Assembly (NCBI RefSeq): GCF_006345805.1
Contig: NC_043003.1
Location: 107,074,001 to 107,138,000, forward strand
Length of the DNA: 64,000 nucleotides
Source of the DNA: Octopus sinensis
Taxonomy: Eukaryota
Direction: 5' to 3'
The position numbers and the translations under genes are program-made. Every line of letters starts with the position of its first letter. The stretch's first letter is position 1. Positions 22,545-35,330 of this stretch are shown piece after piece. Under the pieces are notes generated by a model. The model made no database searches. It saw nothing but the letters and a program-made list of their open reading frames with translations, and was not told the DNA's origin.

Positions 22545-24716
22545 TTTTTGCGGCCTATACCCCTCAGCCGGGGCTACCCGATGGACAGAAGGACCGATTC
22601 TATTACACCCTACTGCAGACTACCTCGTTGACGAATGACAGAGACCTTCTCTTTGTGGCTGGTGATTTCAATGGACATGTTGGGGAGGCTATGGTTATGG
22701 TTCCCGCCACGAGGAGGGAACCAGGCGGCTGGAGTTCTGCGATGCAAATGATCTTATTGTTTGCAACACTAACTTCAGGAAACCTACCAGCCACCTAGTC
22801 ACCTACCAATCGGGCCGGCATACTAGCCAAATTGACTACATCCTTGCCAGGAAAAGGGTAAGATGGCTGCTTATAAATGCCAAAACCTTCCTAGGCGAAG
22901 AATGTACCACACAACATAGACTGGTAGTTAGTGACTTTAGGATCAGGACTAAGAGGACGACTAGAAGACGACCAACATGGAGAAGAAGGGTCTGGAAGCT
23001 TAAAGATCCTGCGAATGGACAGAGATTTAGGGACATATTAGTTGAAGTTTTTGACAAAATAGAAGGGGATATAGCTTCACATGGGGTAGAAGACAACTGG
23101 AGGTTTCTAAGGGACAATCTGCTGAGAGCCACTGGCCAGATCTGTGGATGGTGCAAAGTCCCCTCTCGAACCAAAATGACGTGGTGGTGGAACAATGTTG
23201 TAGACAGGGCTATTAGAGAAAAGAGACAGGCTTGGAAGGACTGGAAGAATGGTGGTAGCAGGGAATCATATCAGACTGCCAAAAGAGAAGCTAGGAGGCA
23301 GGTGTATTTAGCCAGAGGGGAAGCAGATAAGAAAAAATTTGCCAATGTTCTGTGCTGTGAGGACGAAAGACTTGAGGTATTTCGTGTTGCAAGACAGTGT
23401 GTGAGAGAGAATTGTGATGTTATAGGAGAGAAATGTGTCCGCATGGATGACGGTTCTCTTGCACTAAATGAGGCAGCAAAGAGAGAGGTTTGGAGACACC
23501 ACTATGAAAGGTTGCTGAACAAAGAAAATGAATGGGAGAAAGAGAGTCTGCTGAATGTCGATCCAACAGAGGGACCAGCTATCCGAGTTGACAGTACCTT
23601 GGTAGTTAAAGCAATTAAGAGTATGAAGAGCGGGAAAGCCCCTGGCCCATCAAGAATTACTGCAGAGATGCTCAAAATGTCTGGCAGTGTCAACATTAGC
23701 CTGGTCACCCATATAGTTAACCAGGTGATACACGAAGGAGTCATACCCAATGACTGGTGTAGCAGCATAATAGTCAACTGCTACAAAGGTAAAGGTGACG
23801 CCCTAGATACAAATAATTACAGAGGTATCAAGCTGTTGGATCAGGTAATGAAGGTTATGGAGAGGGTCATAGCCCAACTGATTAGGGAGAGAGTTTGTTT
23901 GGATGAGATGCAGTTTGGGTTCGTGCCAGGGAAATGCACCACTGATGCTATATTTCTGGTTAGACAGCTGCAGGAGAAATACCTAGCCAAAGATAAGCCC
24001 CTGTACCTGGCTTTCGTTGACATGAAGAAAGCCTTCGACAGGTTCCCCTGATCCCTTATCTGGTGGTCAATGAGGAAACTAGGGATAGATGAATGGTTAG
24101 GAGAGTCGTGCAAGCCATGTACAGGGACACTGTCAGTAAGGTGAGGGTTGGCAATGAGTACAGTGAAAAATTCCGGGTAGAGGTAGGGGTCCACCAAGGT
24201 TCAGTCCTCAGCCCCATCCTATTTATCATAGTCCTCCAGGCAATTACGGAGGAATTCAAGACAGGATACCCCTGGGAGCTCCTCTATGCTGATGACCTTG
24301 CTCTAATTGCTGAGTCACTATCAGAACTGGAGGAGAAGTTTCAAGTGTAGAAACAAGGATTAGAATTGAAGGGCCTTAAAGTCAACCTAGCTAAAACCAA
24401 AGTCTTAATAAGTAGGAAGGCAGGCAAACCACAAATCCCTTCAGGTAGATGGCCCTGAAAAGGCGTAGGTAGAAACTCTATAAGATGTACCCAGTGTAAG
24501 CTATGGACACGTAAGAGGTGCAGCAATATCAGTGGAAGGCTAACTGGGAGGATAGTTTTCGTTTGTGGCAGATGCTCGGGCGCTGTAAATAACACTGAAA
24601 ATGTCCAGAGAACAACTTCCGCCACATTCCAGGGAGAAAAACTAGAAGTAGTTGATAGCTTCTGTTACCTAGGTGACCAAGTCAGTAGTAGGAGTGGATG
24701 CTCTGAAAGTGTAGCT
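22545..24716 (+). mobile_element. RTE LINE (APE endonuclease plus RT), disrupted
   Basis: AGDFNGHVG, SQIDYILAR and QHRLVVSDF endonuclease motifs; ORF 23176-24051 RT; PWELLYADDLALI in ORF 24093-24350. Confidence 0.95.
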
Positions 24717-24775
24717 GGATGCCCTTGCTAATGCCAACCATGCCGTGAGTGTAGTGGGTGCTTTTTACATGCCAT

Positions 24776-25787
24776 TGAATGACTATGAGCAAAACTATTA
24801 CGTGGAAGTCTGGAAGTGGAGGAATCAACAAAAAACGTACCAAAGCTTTTATTGAAGCTCTCAAATCCAAAATCTTAAAGGATCCAACCAAATCCATGAG
24901 AAAAATGGCAATTGAACTTGAGGTAGACAACAAGACCATTAGAAATGCTGTCAAATATGATTTGAGGTTAAAATCTTACACAAGAACACCAAAACACTTG
25001 TTGACAACAGCTTTGAAGAAAAAGAGATAGGAGAGGTGCAAGAAAATTATTACATGGTTCAAGAAAAAGTCCTCCATTGTAACAATCTTTTCAGATGGAA
25101 AGATCTTCACTGTCGATGCTGTTCTGAACAGCAGAAATGACAGATTTATTGCAAAATCAACAGCTGAGGTTAAGGGGTCATTCAAAACAAAAGATCCTGT
25201 TCAAGTTATGGCTTCTGGTGTTGTGGCTTCTGATGGAAAGAAAATGCCTATAAAATTCTACAAAGCTGATGTTAATATTTACTACAAGACTCTGAGATAC
25301 CAGGTATTACCATGGCTTAAATCAAACTACCCAGATGGTAATTATGTATGGACACAGGATGGTGCTCCAGCCCACACAGCTAGAAAAATACAAGATTTCT
25401 GCAAATCCAACTTTAGCAATTTTTTGGAATCATGTTTATGGCCACCTTCTAGCCCAGATCTAAACTCTCTGGATTATGCTATTTGGGGCGTTTTAGAACA
25501 TGCTACCAATAGAACATCACACTGCAATGTCGACTCTCTTAAAGATACTATTAAAGAAAAATGGGAGAAGTTGTCTCTGGAATATTTGAGGAACGCCTGT
25601 GCAAGTTTCAGGAAGCGTGTGAAGGCAGTTATTGAGAAAGAAGGGGGACACATAGAATAAAAACATATTTTATTATGTAAATTTTCTTGTGGCAAATAAA
25701 TTCTCATGACTTTCAATAAACAAATTGGTCATACACTGTCTTTCAATCCCTGCCTCAAAATATTGTAAATTTTGCTTCCCCACCCTG
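24776..25787 (+). mobile_element. Tc1/mariner-superfamily DD37D (maT-type) transposon relic, 5'-truncated
   Basis: FSDGKIFTV...QDGAPAH-(37 aa)-WPPSSPDLNSLDY. In-frame stop at 25028-25030. 3' terminus ...ccccaccctg followed by TA. Confidence 0.9.
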
Positions 25788-25900
25788 TACATATATATAT
25801 GTAAATCACCCTCAGATCCTCAAGCTTTATTCTTTGTTTTCTCATTCCAAATTCTTCTAAATCTTGGGTTTTTCCCGCCGTTTTTGCAAAACCCCCAGAA

Positions 25901-26773
25901 ATGGTTGGGGCGAGAGCTTCAAAGTGTCAATGTTCGTCAAATAACAACAGAGAAGTCCTAAGCGATTTTAATGAGAAACTTCCAGAATGTGTAGAACTGT
26001 CAGACTCACATTCTTCAGATTCCAGTTGTGATTCCAGTTCACCAATTGTCAAAAGACATAGGAAGACGAAAAGGAAAATCTTGGATCCTTCCCAAATCGA
26101 GTCATCAGAAAAGGCTCAGGTTTATTCATTAATAGCAAAGAAATCATTTGAGAAAATCCATTCTGCACAATTCGATTTCTCTGCATTTTGCGTTGACACA
26201 AACAAAGACCATGCGGAGAGAACTGCTGAAAATTCAAACACAGGCGAAACAGAGACCCCTGGGACCACTGCCAGCCATGAGGAAAATAACAACCGATGCT
26301 CGCCTTCACCTCCAACACCACCACCTCTTCGCCGCATCAGAAACACAAGGAAATTACCATCCAGAACAGAAATAAGTTGTAAAATAACCACAATGAAATC
26401 GAATATCAGGAAATTCGATCAGATGTTACATTCTTCACAGACACCCTTTGAAAAGCACATGCCCACAGCATCAGGAACGACGACGAGGGGAGACAACTCC
26501 AATGAAATGTGTGTGCTAAATGACAGCGTCATCATTGTAGACGATGACAACGACAATGATGACTGCTGTATTTGTGAAGAAGGTAGCGGTGGTGGTGGTG
26601 GAAGTAGAAGAACCAACAGAAGAGAGAGAATTAACAGTGGTCATGAGAGTCACAGCAGTATCCTCGAAAACCGAAGGATCGTCGTCATGGTGATAGTGGA
26701 GCTGGAAGTGAAGCGTTTCGATATGAATTATTTTACCTGGTGTGCTAACATTTCTGCGAGCTCGCTGCTTTAA
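25901..26773 (+). CDS. Uncharacterised 290-aa Ser/acidic-rich ORF (candidate exon or orphan gene)
   Basis: Longest ORF not explained by a repeat or TE; composition suggests disorder; no recognisable domain. Confidence 0.4.
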   Translation: MVGARASKCQCSSNNNREVLSDFNEKLPECVELSDSHSSDSSCDSSSPIVKRHRKTKRKILDPSQIESSEKAQVYSLIAKKSFEKIHSAQFDFSAFCVDTNKDHAERTAENSNTGETETPGTTASHEENNNRCSPSPPTPPPLRRIRNTRKLPSRTEISCKITTMKSNIRKFDQMLHSSQTPFEKHMPTASGTTTRGDNSNEMCVLNDSVIIVDDDNDNDDCCICEEGSGGGGGSRRTNRRERINSGHESHSSILENRRIVVMVIVELEVKRFDMNYFTWCANISASSLL

Positions 26774-26800
26774 TTATCCTTTATTATTATGCAGATATCA

Positions 26801-27458
26801 AGACAGCAAGCTGGCAGAATCCTTAGCAAACCAAAGGTGGCGAGCCGGCAGAATTGTTAGCACGCCGGGCGAAATGTTTAGCGGTATTTCGTCTGCCGCT
26901 ACGTTCTGAGATCAAATTCCGCCAAGGTCGACTTTGCCTTTCATCCTTTCGGGGTCGATTTAATAAGTACCAGTTACGCACTGGGGTCGATATAATCGAC
27001 TCAATCCGTTTGTCTGTCCTTGTTTGTCCTCTCTGTGTTTAGCCCCTTGTGGGTAGTAAAGAAATAGGTAATTCGTCTGCCATCACGTTCTGAGTTCAAA
27101 TTCCGCCGAGGTCGACTTTGCCTTTCATCCTTTCGGGGTTGATTAAATAAATACCAGTTACGCACTGGGGTCGATATAATCGACTTAATACCTATGTCTA
27201 TCCTTGTTTGTCCCCTCTGTGTTTAGCCCCTTGTGGGTAATAAAGAAATAAGAATCCTTAGCAAACCCGGCAAAATACTTAGCGGCATTTCATCCATCTT
27301 TATGTTCTGAGTTCAAACTCCACCCAGGTCGACTTTGCCTTTCATCCTTTCGGGGTCGATAAATTAAGTACCAGTTGCATACTGGGGTTGATGCAATTGA
27401 CTTAACCCCTTCCCCAAAATTTCGGGTTTTGTGCCTTTAGTAAAAAGGGTTATTATGC
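26801..27458 (+). mobile_element. SINE family B with a nested SINE-B dimer
   Basis: Outer TSD tattatgcagatatca (26785-26800 / 27459-27474); inner TSD agaatccttagcaaacc (26816-26832 / 27251-27267). Confidence 0.88.
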
Positions 27459-27838
27459 TATTATGCAGATATCATTAGATATGTTCAGTACAACACCAGG
27501 TGGAGCCAGTAGTCCGCCAATAAGATACAAAAATAGATTTTGCATCTCAGTTTGAGAGGGAATAACATTTTGATAATGATGTTCTTGGAAATTTGTCACC
27601 CAAGTTATATTTCAGAATTTACCAAATTTTGAAGAAAAGATTCAACTCAGATTATTTATTAAATTATTTATTTATTCATTATTTATTTATTTATTAAATT
27701 ATTTATTTAAATCTAATGCTTCATAATTAAAACTACAAAAAAAAAGCCTTCATTTCTGGGAGAATTATCTTGTTTTGACTCCTTCCCTCAAGACACAATG
27801 AATGCTAGAAATAACAGCCAGTGTTGTAAAATTAAAAT

Positions 27839-27943
27839 TCATTTGGTCCCTTTAGACTTTTTAGTGTTTTTAGTTTTCTTTTTCTTCTTCCGGTATGTTC
27901 CATAACCTTTACGTACCATTATTCCTCTCCACCAAGCTTGTAC
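27839..27943 (-). CDS. IQCG: DRC9/IQCG terminal coding exon (IQ motif plus Lys-rich tail)
   Basis: ttttaaacag|VQAWWRGIMVRKGYGTYRKKKKKTKNTKKSKGTK*; matches the IQCG C-terminus (LQAWWRGTMIRR). Confidence 0.88.
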   Translation of the reverse strand, partial: VQAWWRGIMVRKGYGTYRKKKKKTKNTKKSKGTK

Positions 27944-28194
27944 CTGTTTAAAAAGAGAAGAAGAAAGAATGCTACAATAACAACAACAGCAGCAAGAACA
28001 ACAACAACAGCAACAACAGCAACAACAGCAACAACAACAGCAGCAAGAAGGACAACTGTAGCAACATCAGCAGCCATTCAAGAATTTGGACCTGGAGATC
28101 TCCATTTCCAGCGACTTCGAGGGCCACCTCCCAGTGGTGTCGGGCATCAACGAAGAGCCCTCGACTACAACAAGACGACCAAAGTTCTTTTTTT

Positions 28195-28580
28195 TCCACC
28201 AGTGCCGGTGGCACATAAGAGAACCATCCGAACGTGGCCGTTGCCAGCGCCGCCCCGACTGGCCTCATGCTGGTGGCACGTAAAAAGCACCATCCGTTCG
28301 TTGCCGTTGCCAGACCCGCCTGGCCCCGTGCCGGTGGCACATAAAAAGCACCGTCCAATCGTGGCCGTTTGCCAGACTTGTCTGGCACCTGTGCAGGTGG
28401 CACGTAAAAAGCACCCACTACACTCACGGAGTGGTTGGCGTTAGGAAGGGCATCCAGCCGTAGAAACATTGCCAGATCAGACTGGGCCTGGTGCAGCCTT
28501 CTGGCTTCCCAGACCCCAGTTGAACCGTCCAACCCATGCTAGCATGGAAAGCGGACGCTAAACGACGATGATGATAATGA
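28195..28580 (+). mobile_element. RTE 3'-UTR-type element with subrepeats
   Basis: tggcacgtaaaaagcacc repeats, ggttggcgttaggaagggcatccag, and a gacgatgatg tail. Confidence 0.8.
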
Positions 28581-29294
28581 AGGTCTGGGGTCTCCTGCCT
28601 CTAAGCCCTAGACCATCACCTAATCACCCTTACCCGTCTTGTTGCTTAACAACAACAACAGTAGCAACAACAAATCCCCATAACTTAGAGGTTCAGCAAA
28701 AGAGACCAATAGAATAAGTACTCGGATTACAAAGAATAAATCCTGTGGCCAGTTTCTTTGGCTAAAAGCAATGATCCAGCATGGCCAGTCAAATGACTGA
28801 AACAAGTAAAAGAATATACAACAGGCTTCTTTCAGCTTCCATCTACCAAATCCACTCACAAGGCTTTGGTCAGCTCCAAGCTATAGCAGAAGACACTTGC
28901 CCAAGGTGCCACACAGAGGGACTGAACCCAGAACCATGCAGTTAAGAAGCAGCTTCTTACCACACAAAAAGAGGAATATTTTCAATATCAATGCTAAATG
29001 TTATTATATCAGGAACATGTTTTTGGCAGAACTGAGAGTTCCAAGGGGAATTGGATGAGAGATTTGGATACATGTAAACAAACATTGAAACATAAAGGTT
29101 GGCGGGTGGTGGGGGGTGAGGAAGGAGTAAGATAAAGGCAGGGGGTGGAGTGGGGGGAGAGACACACAGACGGACAGAGAAAGAGAAGGACAGAGAGAAG
29201 GTAGTAAGGATGTATCTTTGTATTAACCGTTTCAGAACTCTTCACTGTCTGCAAGGAAACAGGTGCAACAATTAAAATGATAGCAAGTCACTAA

Positions 29295-29523
29295 GTTTGA
29301 GTAGTAGTAGTAGTGGTGATCGTGGTGGTCATGGTGGTAGTAGTAGTGGTGGTGGTATTATTATTATTATTATTACCATTATTATCATCATCATCATTAT
29401 TATTATTATTATTATTATTACCATTATTATTATTATTATTATTATCATCATCATCATCATCATCATCATTATTATTATTATTATCATTACCATTATTATT
29501 ATTATTATTTTTATTATCATTAC

Positions 29524-29595
<72 letters not shown>
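29295..29595. repeat. (AGT/ATT/ATC)n microsatellite
   Basis: Direct inspection. Confidence 0.93.
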
Positions 29596-30299
29596 TTCAT
29601 TGCTAATTAAAGAGCAGAGTTAAACAGTGCAAACCAATCAATAACCGGTATTAAGCATAGCGCTAGAAAAAGCAATTGTCGATTGATTATTCCTACTTCA
29701 GCATCTCAAATTAGATTTAAATGTTGACCAGCCTCAGGCCCTTCCCCATACATAAATACATAAATAAACACGCACACACACACACACACACAACCCGGCT
29801 CATTATCTCAGCCAGAGCCAAGAGGCTCCTCAGTGCTTCCTCCCTAGCAAGACTCCAATGCAAATGGGGGATGTAACTACTAAGACAACAATACATGCCC
29901 TTTTGTTCACAGCAATTTCTTTTCCTTTTTTTCCTTCTTCCTTTGTCTTGGAGGGTTTTTCTGTGCCAATTCTTAACTCCTTCAATTCACCATAATGACA
30001 TCCATCATGTCACACTGTTCCATTATCATAATACTTCAGCATTGTTATTCTTGAGTGCTAATCAGCAGACATAGAATCTTCCAGTCCTTGTTTTGTTTTT
30101 GTTTTTTGTTGTTTTTTTTCTTGGACATATTCCAAAATAGGAAAACAATTTGTTGGCAAATGAGTGATCTAAATTTTATTAGCCCCTCACCACCACCACC
30201 ACCACCACCACCACCACCACCACCACCACCACAACCATCATCATCATCATACAAGCACTCTTTTCAGATTAGGATCATCATGATAGCCTTTCTTATATT

Positions 30300-30494
30300 T
30301 GTTTCAGATATTGGACTGTGGCCATGCTGAGGCACCGCCTTGAAGGGTTTAGTCAAACAAATTGTCTACACTACATAATTTTTAAAGTGTGGTACTTATT
30401 TTATTGGTCTCTTTTGCCAAACTACAAGTTACAGGGACATAAACAAACCAGCACCAGTTGTCAAACATACACACACACACACGCACACACACAC

Positions 30495-30528
<34 letters not shown>

Positions 30529-30690
30529 ACACACACACTTAAAAACATATATGCCAGACTTCCACACAGCTTCTGTTGACCAAATCCATTCCCAACGCTT
30601 TGGTCAGCCCAGGGCTATAGCAGAAGACCCTTGACCAAGGTGCCACACAGTGGGATTGAACCTGAAACCACATGGTACCAAAGCCTATGT
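30300..30690 (-). mobile_element. SINE family A (diverged)
   Basis: catgctgaggcaccgcc...caaggtgccacacagtggga. Confidence 0.7.
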
Positions 30691-31167
30691 CTATATCCAG
30701 GAATTTTGTGTGCGTGTGTGTGTATGCTGGTGGCACATAAAAAGCACTATCCAAATGTGATCGATGCCAGTGCCCCCTGACTGGCTCCTGTGCCAGTGGC
30801 ATGTAAAATGTATCCACTACACTTTCAAAGTGGTTGGCATTAGGAAAGGCATCCAGCTGTAGAATCTTTGCCAGATCAGAGTGGAGCCTGGTGCAGCCTC
30901 CTGGCTCTCCAGACTTCAGTCAAACCATCTAACCCACGTCAGCATGGAAAGTGGTTGTTAAATATTGATGATGATGATGATGTATGTGTGTGTGTGTATT
31001 TTTATATTTTGCCTGGCAACAGCAAATTGAATAATATATCCAAGTTATTCACTAAGATCAAAAGAATTTATATTGTCTTCATTATAAGTTCCTTTTATTA
31101 TTATTATCATTATTATCATTATCATCATCATCATCTTCATCATCATCATCATCATCATTATTATTAT

Positions 31168-31755
31168 CCTTGCCTTTGCACACGTTCTAACGCTGGAGAT
31201 GTACTACGGTGTCAGCTGTTCACTACCTGTGAACTAAGGTAACACTCCTTATTTTTCAAGCACCTTCTGGAGTATTTGAGCAGCCCTTATTTGTTCCACA
31301 TACTTCTCGAGATTTTTGCTCACTGTTCCCAGGGCTCCGACAATTATTGGTACTACTGCTACCTTTTTCATCAACCACAACTGTTTAACTTCCCAAGCTA
31401 ACCTGTCATATCTCTCAACTTTTCTTTCTTCCTTATCGCATACCTTGTTGTCAGCTGGGCATGCTATATCTATGATCCAGCATAGTTTGTTTTCTTTCTC
31501 AATTAAGACTATGTCTGGCTTCCTATTCTCAATCTCACAGTCGCACTGAATCATAAAATCCCATAGGATCTTTGCATTTCTATTTTCAACGATGCCTTCC
31601 GGTTTGTGGTCGTACCAATTTTTTCTCTGTCAAGTCCATACTTGTTGCAAAGTGTCCAATGGACAAGCCTGGCTATATTGTCGTGGTGTCTCTTATATTC
31701 CTTCTGGGCTAGTGGTGTACATCAGCTGGTAATATGCCATATGGTTTCATCATTC
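31168..31755 (-). mobile_element. R4/Dong-clade non-LTR retrotransposon 3' fragment (zinc-knuckle end plus restriction-like endonuclease)
   Basis: ETIWHITS*C..LAQKEYKRHHDNIARLVHW, then RKPDIVLIEKENKLCWIIDIACP (PD..D). ATT/ATC repeats on both sides. Confidence 0.85.
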
Positions 31756-31794
31756 TATTATTATTATTATTATTATTATTTAATCCTAGTCCTT

Positions 31795-32115
31795 GAAGAT
31801 ATATGGCTTAGTGGTTAGGGTATTCGGCTCTTGATGGTAAGGTTATGAGTTCAATTCCTGGTGGCACGTTGTATCCTTGAGCAAGACACTTTATTTCACA
31901 TTCCTCCTGTCCACTCACCTAGCAAAAATGAGTTGTACCTGTAATTCCAAAGGCCAGCCTTTTTGCATTCTGTGTCATGCTGCATCTCCTTGAGAATTAC
32001 ATTAAGGGTATGTGTGTCTGTGGAGTACTCAGCCACTTGCACGTTAATTCCATAAGCAGGCTCTTCCATTGATCAGATCAAGAGGAACTTTTGCCATCAT
32101 GACCAACAGGGTGCC
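31795..32115 (+). mobile_element. SINE family E/C-related copy
   Basis: tggcttagtggttaggg...gagttcaattcc head; body shares tgtctgtggagtactcagccacttgcacgttaa with family C. Confidence 0.65.
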
Positions 32116-32189
32116 TGGTTTGTCCTCGCTCTGCTCTCATCCAATTGACCTAAAACTATTCTTGCTATGTCCCTTCTTATTATTAAACA

Positions 32190-32567
32190 CTATCAGTATC
32201 GCCCGGCGTTGCTCGGGTTTGTTTTGACCCTTTAGAATTGGAATTTTGAAAAGTAAAAATTTTGCATTATGTAGCTTGTTATTCTCTTTAAGGGAACATT
32301 TTTCTGGTTGAATTACAACACAGCAGTCAAAAAATCATAAAAAATAGGGATTTTCATAGAAAAATAGCACCTTTTTGATGTAAATAATTTTTGGTGTTAA
32401 CATGGTTCGATTTGAATTTTTTCTTCTACAGAAGGAAGAGCAAGCCTTCTTCTATCATACCCTTAATTTTGGTCAACTTGTGCCGCAGGGTCTCGGAGGA
32501 GATAGTGTTAGTTGAAGGCTACCAAACTTGCCATACACAGACAACTTCAGCTTTATATAGAGAGAGA
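32190..32567 (-). mobile_element. Non-autonomous Helitron-like element
   Basis: 5' A^TC start; 3' cccgagcaacgccggg hairpin followed by a mutated CTAG^T end. Confidence 0.7.
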
Positions 32568-33119
32568 TTACAATTAATGTGTTCTCGTGAATTCTCACAA
32601 TCTCTTCATGGAGGAGACATGGCTATACTCTATAAGACACGCTACCTTGATGCAAGAATTGAATGTTTTAGCTACGGTCACAACAAATGTCTGAAGATTT
32701 GTCTAAAAATCTTTTCAGCTGTCATCGCAACATGTATGTTTCTGGGATTTATTCTTTTATTTGACATTCTTGAGACTTCACTCAACTAAAATCTTGAAAG
32801 TTATTGCAAAAGCTAGACCTCATGCAAAGATGGAAAATTGGACATTAAATCGATGATGATGATGATGACAGGGAATACTCAAGTGACTCGAGAAAGGCCC
32901 AATGCCCTCAATGTCCTCATGGTTCTATTGAAGTAAGGCCCAACGCCTTCACTTTGGTGGTTGACAAGTTTAAAGAAAGAAGCTCAGGTGAAATATTCGT
33001 GGTAGACTACCATCCTATCCAGTGGAAGTAGAGTCTCTCAACTGATGAATTGTAACTTGCATTTAACTCCAGGATATCATGGCACCATCCCCGATAAGAA
33101 GGAGCCTCTTCAAGAGCAA

Positions 33120-33720
33120 CTACACTACAACTACTGCTACCACCGCCTCCACCACCACTACAACAACCACCACCATCATTACCATCTTAACTGCAACAAC
33201 TACCACTACAACAACCACCACCACAACCACTACCACCTTAACCACAACCACCACCACCACTACCACCTTAACCACAACCACCACCACAACCACCACCACT
33301 ACTACCACCTTAACCACAACCACTACCACCTTAACCACAACCACCACCACCACTACCACCTTAACCACAACCACCACCACCACTACCACCTTAACCACAA
33401 CCACCACCACAACCACCACCACCACTACCACCTTAACCACAACCACCACCACCACTACCACCTTAACCACAACCACCACCACCACTACCACCTTAACCAC
33501 AACCACTACCACCTTAACCACAACCACCACCACCACTACCACCTTAACCACAACCACCACACCACCACAACCACCACCACTACTACCACCTTAACCACAA
33601 CCACCACCACCACTACCACCTTAACCACAACCACCACCACCACTACCACCTTAACCACAACCACCACCACACCACCACCACCACCACCACCACCACCACC
33701 ACCACTACTACCACCACCAC
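33120..33720. repeat. (ACC)-based minisatellite (accaccttaaccacaaccaccaccact-type units)
   Basis: About 20 accttaacc-marked units. Confidence 0.9.
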
Positions 33721-34084
33721 TAAACATTCAATAGTATCTAAACAAGTCTTACATTAAAGTATCACCACTCTGAACCAGCTGCCATGAAGACTGAGCTGTT
33801 TGTTCCAACTGGCCATAAACACCACACACACACACACACACACACACCTCACTGGTCTTGTTGCTGATACAGAATTTCATACAAAATGTGGGGTTTTTTG
33901 TCTTCTTTTGTTTTTTGTTTTTGTTTATTTGTTTTGGTTTTGGTGTTTTTTTTTACAGTTTCATCATTTCCTTATGAATACATCAACATGTCTAACACCA
34001 TTGCTATTATGATTGCTAATGGGTTAAAAGACAATCTTGTCTTTTCTTTTAAACACTCACCCTTGCATCTTAAAAATACTCTCT

Positions 34085-34191
34085 CCCTCTCTTTCTTTCT
34101 TTCTATCTATCTATTATCTATCTATCTCTCCATCTCCCTCTCTCTCTCTATCTATCTATCTGTCTCCCTACCTACCTACCTACCAACCTAC

Positions 34192-34238
<47 letters not shown>

Positions 34239-34544
34239 CCTTGCTATCTGTCTATCTATCTATCTGTCTATCTATTATCTATCTATATATCTCTCTCTCT
34301 CTATCTATCTATCTGTCTCCCTACCTACCTACCTACCTACCTACCAACCTACTTATCTATCTACCTATCTATCTATTTATCTATCTATCTAACTATCTAT
34401 CTACCTATCTATCTACCTATCTATCTACCTACCTATCTACCTATCTATCTATCTATCTGTCTCCCTATCTACTTACCTACCTACCTACCTATCTATCTAT
34501 CTATCTATCTACCTATCTACCTATCTACCTATCTATCTATCTAC

Positions 34545-34594
<50 letters not shown>

Positions 34595-34595
34595 G

Positions 34596-34626
<31 letters not shown>

Positions 34627-35263
34627 GTCTGTCTGTCTGTCTCCCTACCTACCTACCTACCTATCTATCTATCTATCTATCTATCTATTCCTTTACCTAT
34701 CTCAATATGCACATATATCTGTCTATCTATCAATCCATGTATGTAGCTCTCTGCTTTCACTTTCACATACCAAAGCTCTCCAGTTTTCTGTCCCCCTCTC
34801 TATATCCCTATCTCTCTCCATCTGTATCATCTATCTTCTTATCTATCAGTCTGTCTGTCTGTCTATCTGTCTGTCTATACATAAATACATGTGTACAGAC
34901 ATTTCCATTCACTCAATTTTACATATTGGGGCTCTCTTTCTTTTTATTTTTCTCTTTCTCTTTGTTTCTCTCTATCTATCATTCTACCTACCTACCTACT
35001 TACATACTTATGTATCTCTCTCTCTCTCTTTCTTTCTCTTTCTCTACATCTATTTATCTATCTATCATTTACCTACATCTCTCTTTCACTCATATTTCTC
35101 ACTCTTTCTCTACATCTTTCTATCTATTTATCTACCTACCCATCTATCTATCTATCTTCATTTCTCTTTCTCTACATCTATCTATCATTTACCTATTCCA
35201 GCCATACATTTCTCTTTCCCTCATCTTTCCCTCTTCTCTCTCCCTATCACTCTCTCTCTCTTC

Positions 35264-35298
<35 letters not shown>

Positions 35299-35330
35299 TC
35301 TCTCTCTCTCTCTCGTCCTATCTCTTTTCC
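34085..35330. repeat. (CTAT/CCTA/CT)n compound microsatellite
   Basis: Direct inspection. Confidence 0.93.

Noticed and set aside
33079-33734. Thr-rich mucin-like exon
   Set aside because: An ACC minisatellite open in several frames, antisense inside a DRC9 intron, with no convincing donor.
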